This document shows, piece by piece, positions 52,831 through 64,000 of a stretch of 64,000 nucleotides of DNA. The number at the start of each line of letters is the position of its first letter. Position 1 is the stretch's first letter. The notes beneath the pieces were generated by a model. That model was not told where the DNA came from and did no database searches. It was given only the letters and a program-made list of their open reading frames with translations. This stretch comes from Antedon mediterranea (lineage: Eukaryota; Animalia; Echinodermata), in the NCBI RefSeq assembly GCF_964355755.1, contig NC_092674.1, positions 28,644,001-28,708,000 on the forward strand. Reading direction: 5' to 3'. The position numbers and the translations under genes are program-made.

Positions 52831-53826
52831 GGTTTAGATATATTTAGGAAGTAGTTCGGCTATCTTTCACATAAGGGATCACCAACTTATGTACAAGATA
52901 GGAAGTCGTAACAGTCCTTTGATCTGGCTGCGACATATACCACCAGTACTGAGTAACTGTAGACCTACTATGTACATTCTCCACGACGCGTGGACGTGGT
53001 GTCAGTTAAGTAGCGTGGAAGCTGTAACTGTACATAAACGATAGGCTTTTCTATTGAGCTATTAGAACGCGCCAACGTAAATTTTATTGACTAGATGGTA
53101 CGCTCGCTTCGCTCGCGTACCATCTAGGTCGTGCCCACAGATGGTTCTCGAATACATAATAATTTCAGCGTTAAAAAACTGACGATTTCAAATGTACGTA
53201 CAATAATACATGTCGTTTACACAGGAACGAATATATAGACACTGATTTATGTACTCAACAAAAATTAGCACCCTGGGAATTACTTCCGAAAGAGAAACTT
53301 GTCAAAAAATGAGACCAATTGTTTAAGTCAAATTTAAACAAACTTAATTTGTGTTTTGAAATAATAATGTAACATTAGGGTTGAGGGATGGGGAAGAGTA
53401 TGGGTGCAAAGAGGAACAATTTTTAAATATATTCTTTATCCATTTAGTAACAAAATATTAATTGTTTTCATGTTTTAAAAATAATATACCACTAAACACA
53501 GTAAAACATTGCGATGTAATACTTTGTTGAAACTATCAGTATCACTGTCCTAGTAGATTGAAATAGCAGTACATGTAACGATACATCACTACGACGTGTA
53601 TGTTTATATAATGTAAAACAATTTGTGAAAACCACCTCTATTCGGGGAAAATCATAAAGTCGATTTAATCGTCAATAAATATTAAATTATCTAACTCAAC
53701 TGAATTAGTAGGCCTAATTGTTTTCAATTGTTTCTTAGAGCCAAGTCATACTTAAGTTGGATCCTACCCTACCCACCAAAGTTGTTTTGCGTTTATGATG
53801 CACCGTAGGCATATCAAGCTCTACAA

Positions 53827-56481
53827 TACGGGGCGCCGTTTGGGACATTGCTAATTTTGTCGAAATATTACAATTTTGTATTGACAAAATTCATTTTGTG
53901 TTGACAAAATGTATTCTGTGTGGACAAAATTCATTTTGTCTCGACAAAATTAATTCTGTGTAAAAAAAAGTCATTCTGTGTAGACAAAATTAATTCTGTG
54001 TTGACAAAATTAATTTTGTGTAGACAAAATTCATTCTGTAACGACAAAAATCATTTTGTGGCGACAAAATTCATTCTGTAATGAAAATTCTGTGTAGACA
54101 AAATTCATTTTGTCGCGACAAAATGAATTTTGTTAGCCTAGCCTACTCAAGCGTGGGACAAAACGTTTTTTAAAACATTTTGTCCCACGCTTGAGTAGGC
54201 TCGGTTTTAACATTTAAATTAGAAGGCGGAGTTTAAACGTAAAAAGGGCAAGACAGGGTGAAGCTATAAATGATGACAGCGCGCGAATCTTTGACATTTG
54301 TTATTGGTTCAGTTATTATGGCTGAGCATGCCTCCGTCTCTATTGCTATCATATTAATCTATTTTATAATATCAGGGACCCCTGAAAATATCAGATATGA
54401 TCAGTATTCATACTTTGACAATTTAATATCTACGTCGTCAGTAATAATTATTATTATAATGTATTCTATATTAAAAAATCGGAAAATGGTTTTTATAGAG
54501 CCCTGCTTATTATACTTAAGTAAAATTGTAGTAATGGGGCTATTTAAAATGTTGTCGTTTAAAATATTATTTATTATTCTTATAAAATGTATATACTTTA
54601 TTTTAAAATTAAAGATGTATTGTCTCCCAAAATCATGAAAAATAAAGATTTTTAAAATCGGACTTTGAATAGGCCATTATGCAGTTTTAATGAAGTTGTT
54701 CACTTCCATAAGAAAAAAGAACGGGGAAAAATTATTTCACCTATAAAAAGACAAAATAAACAGTTAAATTACCCAAAAACTCATTGGCTTCCAGACAATT
54801 TGACCATTTTTTGCTTTAAATTACATTTTTTTCAGGTAAATAATTTTTTTTCAGACCTAATTTTTTGTGAAAGTGAATAACTATTATGTGACATTAAAAT
54901 AACATATTCAACAAAAAGATTAAAAAAAACATTTTTTCAGGGGACAATATATCTTTAAGATAATAATAGTCATTGCAGAAATAATGATGCTGAAAGCTGT
55001 CCATTATTTGAAAAAAAAAAACATAGAACTGACTACAAAAGATTGCTCACGTTAGTTTTATATAACAGTCATCCACCCTGCGAAACCTAATAACCTTTAA
55101 CCTACAGTAGTAAGTAGGCCAGGTAGCCTACGTTGGCTAGGTTACAGGACTGATTGCCCATAAAACATTCGATGTACAAATATCAACACCCCAGACAGTG
55201 TAATAATGACCTTTCCAGACCGAAAACCATTCTGCCCGAAATTACGATACTCTCTCGATACAACTCCATATTTTATTAGTGGAAATGCATTTTTATTTAA
55301 CATCAATCTTATCAAGCCAGCCAAAGACTGAATACGTACATTAAAAGTACAAAGAACAATGTAAACCTATAAACAATTATTTGCAATTAGCAATGTATAA
55401 TAAATAAAATCAACCATGGAGAAGGTGGAAAGATTATATACACTGCCATGGGAATGGATACTTGAGAGGCGCCATATGTCAGTTGTGTGAACACCCATAT
55501 AACTATCTGGTCAAAGTGAATTATATCTTTCGAGGGTGTAAATATATAATAATATGCAACCGAGAGTAAAATTAAATTTAACTTTTTAACGACAATTTGC
55601 AATTTTCATAATCTATGGCGTACCAAACTGTCATTTATTTAGGCAACTAAAATATCTTAGTTTTTAATAGATGTAGTTAGTTTACATAGATCTTAGGTTC
55701 CAATAGAGATATATCCCTGTTTATAACCAAGATATCTTTTCAATAAAGATATCTCTATTATTCCAATTAGAGACAATTAATATATGTCTTAAGAGATATT
55801 TCATAGTTTTGTTCCCTTGAGTTAGGCCTATTAGCAATTTAGTATTCCTATCAAATAAACTTGGTAGGCCTATAGACGACGCAATTCCCATGAGAATAAA
55901 TAGGCCTATACTAACTATTATATTAAAATAAATGTATTAACTAAAATCATTTCATTACTACTCAACTTATCAGATGTTATCGTAAATAATGTTGTCATTT
56001 TCTTAATCAATATTATCGGTATCGATATAAATCTTCAACCCTCTTTAATATTTATTACCAAAATTGGTAGGCATATAGGGCTACGCGTTATGCATCAGTA
56101 TAAACTGTACTTATACTCGACGCAAAGTATTCAAGTTCCATATTAGACTGAAATAAATTTTGTCTACACAGAATGAATTTTGTCTACACAGAATGAATTT
56201 TGTCTACACAGAATAATTTTTGTCTACACAGAATACATTTTGTCGCCACAAAATGAATTTTGTCCACACAGAATTAATTTTGTCTACTCAGAATTAATTT
56301 TGTCCACACAGAATTAATTTTGTCGAGACAAAATGAAGTTTGTCAAGACAAAATTGATTTTGTCCACACAGAATAAATTTTGTGTTGAACAAAATGAATT
56401 TTGTATTGACAAAATTAATTATGTGTAGACAAAATTGTAATATTTCGACAAAATTAGCAATGTCCCATACGGCGCCCCGTA
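53827..56481. mobile_element. 2.65-kb non-autonomous IS3EU-like element with 20-bp subterminal tandem repeats
   Basis: ~53-bp TIR TACGGGGCGCCGT(T/A)TGGGACATTGCTAATTTTGTCGAAATATTACAATTTTGT. Flanks are CTACAA and CTACTA (5 of 6 match). GACAAAATTCATTCTGTGTA-type 20-mers occupy ~53880-54130 and, inverted, ~56150-56430. Confidence 0.85.
54613..54954. mobile_element. 342-bp Kolobok-like element nested in 53827-56481; partial copy at ~4520-4696
   Basis: ttaa|AGATGTATTGTC ... GACAATATATCT|ttaa; its right half is shared with 4520-4696. Confidence 0.7.
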
Positions 56482-58729
56482 CTACTATGTCTTTACAACG
56501 CTACTCATGCCAGTGAGAGGGAAGGGTGATGATATGGGTGGTTTAACTGCAATAATAAAGATTTGTACATACTATACGGCGACTGAAACCATTATCCGTC
56601 TAAAAAAATTTATATACAACCTCCGCAGCACAGATTGAAAAAAAAATGGATCGAATTTCTGTTATGAGTATAGAGTATTTTCCTTTACGACGCCTGAGGG
56701 AATAGACACTTGTGGAACGACACAGAGATTGGAATGTTCCATTCATCGCAAATCAATACATTTGTATAAACGTATATTAAATCTATCAAAATAGTATTTT
56801 TTTAAGAAAATCGGCCTGTCTTCAACATTATGATACTGTACTCGAGCTGTTCAACGGGTTTTCAGCTATTAAAAACAATTATCGTAGGAGGAGATAGGAA
56901 AATGCGAAGCCTCCTCGCATTTTTGTGGCGGGTATTTTTCAAGATGGAAATCCATTAGACAGTGTATACCACGATCGGAAAACACCCCTATTTGGGGCAA
57001 ATCGTTGAACCTAAATTTGTTTTAATCGTCAATAACTAATTATCTAACATAATTTAATTAGTAAACAGGGTTACATCAGGTGGTTAAAATCAGTACCGAA
57101 AGTACGAACCAACTTTATATACCATCGAGTAAAAATTCTAAAAGTAAGGTGCGATTTACCGAATTTTGCCCTTACGTAAATTTATATATAGATGAACGTT
57201 GTGATAGCTCCTCCTTCGACCCAAAGTATGGCCGTTTTTCCCCTGGTACTGATTCTGTAACTTTAGTTTACTTTGTTTTGCGCGTGCATCCTTCTACACA
57301 GTATTACAAAATACCACAGTAGTAGCAGACATAGGCTTACATGCTTGTTTACTTATTAATGAAAACTGTATTTCTAAAATTGTAATTTTTTAGTACACGT
57401 AGATTTGTTTCGTTTTTACCACACATTTACTAAAATGTGATATTAGTTTTTGTTTTATGAAGGAGGATGGAAGGGAGATAGCATAGCATAGCATAGCGTA
57501 TTATATTTTTTCTGCTTCGCTTGGTACTCTAGAACTTTTATTCAAAATATAGGTCTCTGTCAATTGTTAAGCAGATATTTTTCATTATGGCATTGTACTA
57601 TTCACAATACAATAAAAAGAGTATTGAAGGTTGAGGAATAATGGTCCAATTGTTGTCAATGTAGGAGGCATTTACAGTGTCATAGATCACTTCTTTGTTT
57701 ATTGATAATACTTATTAATAATGTACGTGTTATGGTATTTATGTATTGATTGAATTTGTTCATGCGTATATGACCGTCATTATTATGACTGGGTTTCCTA
57801 GGCCCAACGGAATACTACGAAATACAAGCCATTTAAAAGACAAACCATACTAGAGGAGCACCAAAAGCAGGAAATATGCATTTTTAGCTTACGATTCCAA
57901 AGTTTTGGTATTTGGTAAGTCATTGGCCTAAATTGTATATATAGCACGTATGGATGTTATGTATTCAAAATTTAGAGGAAACAAAATCTTTTTTAGGGAA
58001 GGAGATAGCCTATGTATAACTTGATCCGCACTAGTCGAGTAAAACGTTTTGGGCGTCTCGTCACCATTTTGATGCTGAAGAGTAAGAGTTATCGAAAGTA
58101 TTATTTTAGTAGTATTTACTTTTCTGCTTGTTTTTGTATTTTTATGAATGGTTTTTTGATATTTCTTGTGTGGATATTTTCTGATATATTTATTGATTGA
58201 AATGCTATATTTTATCCTTATGTGCTACTTGGTAAGAGGATTCACAGACTCTTGTCAGGGATGTAGTCACCTTTTGTGTTTCCTGCCACTTACTTTGTAG
58301 TTGTTTGTTGTTGTTGTTAATTGGCAAATAAGAATAAGTATTGCAATTAGAGGGTGGTGCGATGCCAACTGAATGTTAACCATGTAGTTTTCAATCAATG
58401 TAAACAGTTAGTTCTGGAACTTCTGGCCGGCTAGAGATAGCAAAGTACTTGGCGATTCATGCACACGATTCATTTGTGGTCATCATCGATAATTAAACGA
58501 TAAGAGGCTAGAATAGACTAATAAAGCCCACATGTTGCTATTATTACATAATGTCGATTATGTCTACCACCATCATAGATGGTGCAAAAAATGACACTTT
58601 GCATTATCAATTGAAAACCTCTTTGGAAGACGACCTATTCGTGGAGTGTAGGCATACATTATGTTAAGCCATTAAAATCTATTATAGGCTTTTTAAAATT
58701 ATTTACAGAAAGCCAGATTCAGATACATA

Positions 58730-61126
58730 ATGAGTGAGGAGGGGAAATCAAATAAAGATGAGGAGATAGAACGGCTTAGACGTGAGAACGATGCATTGAA
58801 GACGCAGCTAGCTTGCTATCACGTGTGTCCAGACTGCCAGAACCCGTATGATAATGGCGACAGATTGCCAATACGACTTTCCTGCATCCACACATCCTGT
58901 AAAAGTTGTGTGAAATCTAAATCTGCTGACAAGTCAGTTGCTCTGCCCTCCTGTACGTTATGTGCAGAACACTATGACTACACTAAACTAAACCTCACTG
59001 CTATTTTGCCTTTATTGAACGACGGAAGTGCATCGGTTATGGCAACCAGTAGCCCGCTACATTTTCCTACGAAAAAGCCTGTACAAATCTCAGATAACGC
59101 CGATGATTTTGGCGGGCTTGCTGACGAGGCACACCACCCGAGCTGCGTTGAACATCCGTTACTGTCTGCTTCCAAAGTCTGCATGCATGACGAGTGTTAC
59201 AAGTGTTTATGTAAGGATTGTGCTGATAGTCACACAAGTTGTGGTGGTGGTGATCGCCTCGTGGACGTCACCGAACAAAGACTTGAAGAATGTAACAACA
59301 AGAAGTTAGATTTGATAAAGGAGCTCGACAAAAGTGTTGAGAAAATGAAGTCCATACAAAGGGATTTCAGAAAGGCTTTTGATTATCTAACGACTACAGA
59401 AGCAATGGTGTTTAAAAACATCGAAGATTTTTACACAACTTGTCGAAGTCTTTTAGAACAAAGAGAAAAGCAAATGAAAGATGGCCATAGAAATGATGCC
59501 GTTTGTACGAGAATGAATCTAAGCAAAGGCGTTAAAGATTTGGCAACATTTGTTGAGGAAATAGAGAAAAAGAAAAAAGAATTAAGCCTACCTATAACGG
59601 ATTTGCCGACCTCAGCAAATATTCAAGAAATTGCAAATATTAAAAAGTTGGTTAATAGTTCAAATGACATCTATGGATGTATGTGTACATCGGCTATTCC
59701 AACATGGCGACGACGAAAACGGTACAGCATACTGTTGGAAGGTGAAGGTTTCAGTGATATAACTGACTTGCGGACGTCAGTTTTATCAGCAAAAGATGCA
59801 CAGGAACATTGTTCTAAGTTTTTCATTCCAACCGCCACACTCTACAAACAGGATTTCATGGATACGATAAGTATTCTTGGGCAGCACTGCGCAAGTAACG
59901 TCAACCCGCGTATTTCAACTTTATGTAATAAATATTTAAATCTGGTGAACAACAGTTGTGTAGTAGAGGTACAAATGTATGATTATAAGGGTAACAAGAA
60001 AGTGACCGGCGGAGACATGGTGGAAGGGAGGTTGGAGAGACCCACGAGAAATGAACGAATCGTTGATGATGTAAAAGACAACAAGAATGGCACCTATACT
60101 ATTACTTTTGTACCAAGCATGTGCGGATCCTACTGCCTGTATGTTGAACTATTTGGCCAGAATCTCAAGTCGCTGCAAATCAACGTTGTCGATAATGTGT
60201 TGACCAATAAACTTGTGCCAGACTTTCCAAAACTTAAAAATGTAGTTGATATTGCCGCTGGAGTTGATGGGCGTTGTATGTATATCTTGGATAAGCAGTC
60301 GAAGATGTGGAAAGTCTATCACATGGATTTGAATGGGTTTGTGCGTGGTTCCTTTCTGTTGAATACTGTCATTGGTGAGGTGCAGGAAGATGAGCAAATT
60401 ATGCTGGCACGACAGTCCTTCAAACAAGAACAAGACAAACTCATCGTCCTTTGCGCAAAACAAAAGAAAGTGTACACCTTGTCAGAGGATGGTAAAGTCG
60501 CAAAGACTCTTAATGCCGAGATGTTGACGTCACCACATACCATATCTACCGATTGTCTGCGCCTTTACGTAGGTGACTACAAGCAGCAGAGTATTTTTAT
60601 TTTCGGAAGTAGTGACGTTCCCGAGAGGATTCAACTTCAGTCAGAACACCGCGTCGTTTATTCTGGAGATCACGTGATACATTTCAACTTTGATAGGCCC
60701 TTCCCGATGGCGGTATCTCAGGAAAAAGATGGCGATATTTTCGTTATTGACCCAGGCACAAATACTCTTCATCAATTGAACAAACGTGGAATGAACATGC
60801 GTTTCATATCGCTGAATATCAACGACGTGGAAGTTTGGCCAAAACGTGACATACGTTCTATGGGGCTTGATAACATCCACAATTTCATGATATGGCGTGA
60901 TGGTTTAGTCGTACTTCGTACCAGTAAAGGGATATGCACTTTACGCTTGTTTAACGTGAAAATAGAAACTTTCTTTGAATGTGACAGTAGTCCTACTGAA
61001 CACTTTTGTATGGGAGTTACCTCTAATGACTATGTCGTTACGAATGTAGACATGAATGTTTTGCGCATACAGCAGCTGGCATTCCTTGACTATTTATCCG
61101 AAAATTCATTTGCTCCCAATATCTAG
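58730..61126 (+). CDS. Divergent TRIM-family E3 ligase-like protein (RING, B-box, coiled coil, filamin, degenerate NHL/beta-propeller), 798 aa, single coding exon
   Basis: RING CPDC..LSCIHTSCKSC..CTLC; B-box CVEH..C..C..LCKDC..H; a heptad-rich helix; filamin motif TGGD..VKDNKNGTYTITFVP..GSY; propeller-like blades (LYVGDY, IFVIDPG). A splice acceptor lies ~20 bp before the ATG. Confidence 0.8.
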   Translation: MSEEGKSNKDEEIERLRRENDALKTQLACYHVCPDCQNPYDNGDRLPIRLSCIHTSCKSCVKSKSADKSVALPSCTLCAEHYDYTKLNLTAILPLLNDGSASVMATSSPLHFPTKKPVQISDNADDFGGLADEAHHPSCVEHPLLSASKVCMHDECYKCLCKDCADSHTSCGGGDRLVDVTEQRLEECNNKKLDLIKELDKSVEKMKSIQRDFRKAFDYLTTTEAMVFKNIEDFYTTCRSLLEQREKQMKDGHRNDAVCTRMNLSKGVKDLATFVEEIEKKKKELSLPITDLPTSANIQEIANIKKLVNSSNDIYGCMCTSAIPTWRRRKRYSILLEGEGFSDITDLRTSVLSAKDAQEHCSKFFIPTATLYKQDFMDTISILGQHCASNVNPRISTLCNKYLNLVNNSCVVEVQMYDYKGNKKVTGGDMVEGRLERPTRNERIVDDVKDNKNGTYTITFVPSMCGSYCLYVELFGQNLKSLQINVVDNVLTNKLVPDFPKLKNVVDIAAGVDGRCMYILDKQSKMWKVYHMDLNGFVRGSFLLNTVIGEVQEDEQIMLARQSFKQEQDKLIVLCAKQKKVYTLSEDGKVAKTLNAEMLTSPHTISTDCLRLYVGDYKQQSIFIFGSSDVPERIQLQSEHRVVYSGDHVIHFNFDRPFPMAVSQEKDGDIFVIDPGTNTLHQLNKRGMNMRFISLNINDVEVWPKRDIRSMGLDNIHNFMIWRDGLVVLRTSKGICTLRLFNVKIETFFECDSSPTEHFCMGVTSNDYVVTNVDMNVLRIQQLAFLDYLSENSFAPNI

Positions 61127-63512
61127 AAATGTACATACGTTGTGCGCAGCTATACTTATAGCATGCATAATGCGCTGCTTTGCGTTTTATAAACAAAACC
61201 AAACTAAGGATGTCCCTGTTGTTGACATTTTGTTAAGCCAAACGTTTATGAATTTGAATATTTAGGTATTTTACTGTAAGTAGTGTTAATTGTTAAAACG
61301 AAAGGGGACTAAAAACTCGTAGTGATAATTCTGAAATGAATGATATGTGTAGACTCATTTGGGTTGATATAGATTTATATTATAGTTTATCAATGATAAC
61401 ATAATTTGTTTATATTAATAATGTGTAAAAGAGAATAGGCCTACAAGCAAACATGAGCATTGTATAGTTTGAATAGAGAATGTGATCTTAACATGACGTC
61501 ACCAGTATGCCTACTAAGTTATCTAATATACATTAAAGCAGCATGACGAGAGAAAATTTCTAATGCGCATGCGTAATTATTCAAAAAACTTTTTTAACGT
61601 TGGAGAGAGGCCAGTGAGTGTGGTTCATCGGAGGCGGCGCACATGAGGAGAATAAAAAGAACGACGTCTACGTCGTGTATGTAACAGTAAAATAATCTCA
61701 AGAACATGCATATTTAAAACCCAGATTACACAATGGCTGAAATAATGGAGTTTATCAACAAAAATATAAAGGAAACAACGTAAGTATAGGCCTAAATGCT
61801 TAAAAACAGCCTAGGCCTGGTGTGTTACAACTTCGACCACCAAAAGAGGCGTTTCTCGCGCGGCTAAGTCAACAATGGTAGGTAGGCCTTGTATTGCAAA
61901 GGGAAGCTACTCTAGCCTAGTCGAACTCAGCCTACGCGTCCCCACACAGAAGCTAGATTTTTAATTAGTACCGATAACCGGTGCCTGGCTGAGTTAAAAT
62001 TAGAAATATGTAATCGCAGTAGGTGGTCAATGGATCGTTTGCAATTTTATCGTCCGTTCGTTCAAGCCATGACGTCATCGTTATGTCAAGTCTTGAATAA
62101 ATTCATCCAAAAACGAACTTTATTGACAGAAAGAACAACCAACCAATTTCCATAGAGGTGACAGTGCTATAGTATATTTAAATTTCAAATATTAATATTA
62201 CAGTTAAAATTGTTGAAATTATTTAAATTGGGAACTTTTCCTAACATTAATGCCAAATTAAAATATCACCTATTTCTATATTTATTTTGCTCAATGGTAA
62301 AGTGAAAGCGCCCTGTTGCATTTTGAGGACATAATTTATTTGTTAACAGAGCGCCCTCAATTTATCATAAGTTTTTTTTTTATTTAAAAGCCTGATACAA
62401 ATTTACCTTATACAAATATACTTTCTTTCTACGTGTAATGTTGTTTACATGCAACCTCGCTGTATTATACATGTCACAAGCAAGTTACTAATATATGTTC
62501 AAGGTCGAGAGTAATTTAAACTAAAGAGCGCTTTGAAATTTATCATGGACTTTATTCTTGCTCTTGTTTGGAAATAATTCAAGAATTAACATCGAAACGG
62601 ATTGTGCCTTACGTATTAATACGCCATGACAAATGTAGGTTATAATAGCTTTTGTGTATCTATAAGCTATTATTCCATGTTACATAGTTTAAATAGTTTT
62701 AGTTATAAAGCCGATTTTCAGTTACCATGGTTGTGGCAGTAAAATGATTACCATTTACTATTTTTTGAATCCTCCATTAAGAAGTGGGGTTGACGGCATC
62801 GCACATGCAGCGTGGTGTATTTTAGCCGGGTTAAGTCTGCCACTACTTCGTCACATCAGTCCCTTGAAATACGAATGGTTTTACAACAAAGTTTTCACCA
62901 CCTCCTATTAACGACAAAATAGAAGGTGATATCGTGGAGATATTCCAGTGGAGGAGTGAGTGCAGGTTTTGTCTATTTGTGATTGCCGAATGATGAATAC
63001 TATTATTATCTAATATATTATTATGTTTTTATATGTTATATTATAACATTATCCCAGATTGTTTAACCCATGTTTAATATATTCAACAAACTGTCATGGC
63101 ATAGTAGTACGAAAGGCAACAACTAAAACCTAGCTAGCACACAATATTTATTATTTTAACTAAATGAACATTCTCCATAATTTTTGGTATCTTTAAAACG
63201 TGTTTCTTGCATATTGTATGCATAGAAAGAAAATATTAAAGATAGACACAAAACATTCATTGCAGTTTAACTTTACGGTTCATATTAAAAATTTATATTA
63301 ATAAAATTTATGAATTTAAACATTACATTTATTTAGATTATGATTTCCAACCCATTACTGTAGTGTAAACTTGTTAATTGCACATTAAATGTCAATTGAT
63401 ATATATCAATAAATCTATTAATATATTAAGAGTTATAATATCATTTAAATATAGGGAGATATAGTGATATATAGGTATGTGTACCTAAATGAGTCCAGTA
63501 TTATAATCAACA

Positions 63513-63736
63513 CTATTCTGTACCTTCGGGTTTACCCTCTTGGTATTCGGCAAATTGTGCTTTTAGTTCCTTCACTTCAGCCTCCAGATCTCTTACTTTC
63601 TTGTGAAGATCAACTTTGGCTTTCAGTTTGTTCCTCTCAGATTCCAACTCTTTAGCTCTCTTGTGTAAATCTGCTTCGATTTCGGCTTCTGTTGGCCCCG
63701 TCTTTTCTCCAGAAGCACTTGCTTCTTCTGAACCAC
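63513..63736 (-). CDS. Probable exon of an unidentified coiled-coil protein whose gene continues beyond the window
   Basis: Acceptor tttcag, then an open, charged heptad sequence (EIEADLHKRAKELESERNKLKAKVDLHKKVRDLEAEVKELKAQF). Confidence 0.5.
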
Positions 63737-64000
63737 CTGAAATGACCACAAATTAAAATTAATATCAGCAGCAATGTTGTATTTTCCCCTTATTACTTCC
63801 TTCAAGAAAATGGAAAAGGCTGAAAATTACTCTGCAAACAGTAATATGTGAGCATTATGAGACCCTTATTTTGTCAAATTTAAGTTCAAACTGGTACACT
63901 TATAACATTTTACAAAAACCAGATGTTTTGAAACATATAGTTCTATCACAAAAGAACTAGAGACGAATTTGTGTTATGTTAATGGCTCGTTTAAAAGTGG

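Overview
AT-rich, intron-containing animal genomic DNA (probably a marine invertebrate; this is an inference). The genes are, in order: the 3' part of CRAMP1 (+), TXNDC9 (-), IDS (+), SLC25A43 (-), UFSP2 (+), UBE2A/Rad6 (-), ANKRD10 (+), a TRIM-type RING/B-box/coiled-coil/filamin/propeller ORF with no introns in its CDS (+), and one orphan coiled-coil exon (-). The most striking feature is 20609-32864. It looks like a 21-bp satellite, but it resolves into 11 copies of one ~1.1-kb non-autonomous foldback DNA transposon inserted into each other up to 5 levels deep. The element has TATGG...CCATA ends, 6-bp target-site duplications (TSDs) and ~450-500-bp arms built from 21-bp repeats, which resembles IS3EU. 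The nest sits in a UFSP2 intron that was about 340 bp before the insertions. The same few 6-bp target sites in the element's own spacer and termini were hit repeatedly, while the 21-bp arrays were almost never hit, which suggests a self-targeting transposon. A second, unrelated element with the same design (TACGG ends, 6-bp TSD, 20-bp subterminal repeats) lies at 53827-56481. The window also holds P-like, hAT5-like, Kolobok-like and Harbinger-like non-autonomous elements, SINE and LINE fragments, and three candidate alternative last exons in ANKRD10. All coordinates were read by eye and no database searches were run.
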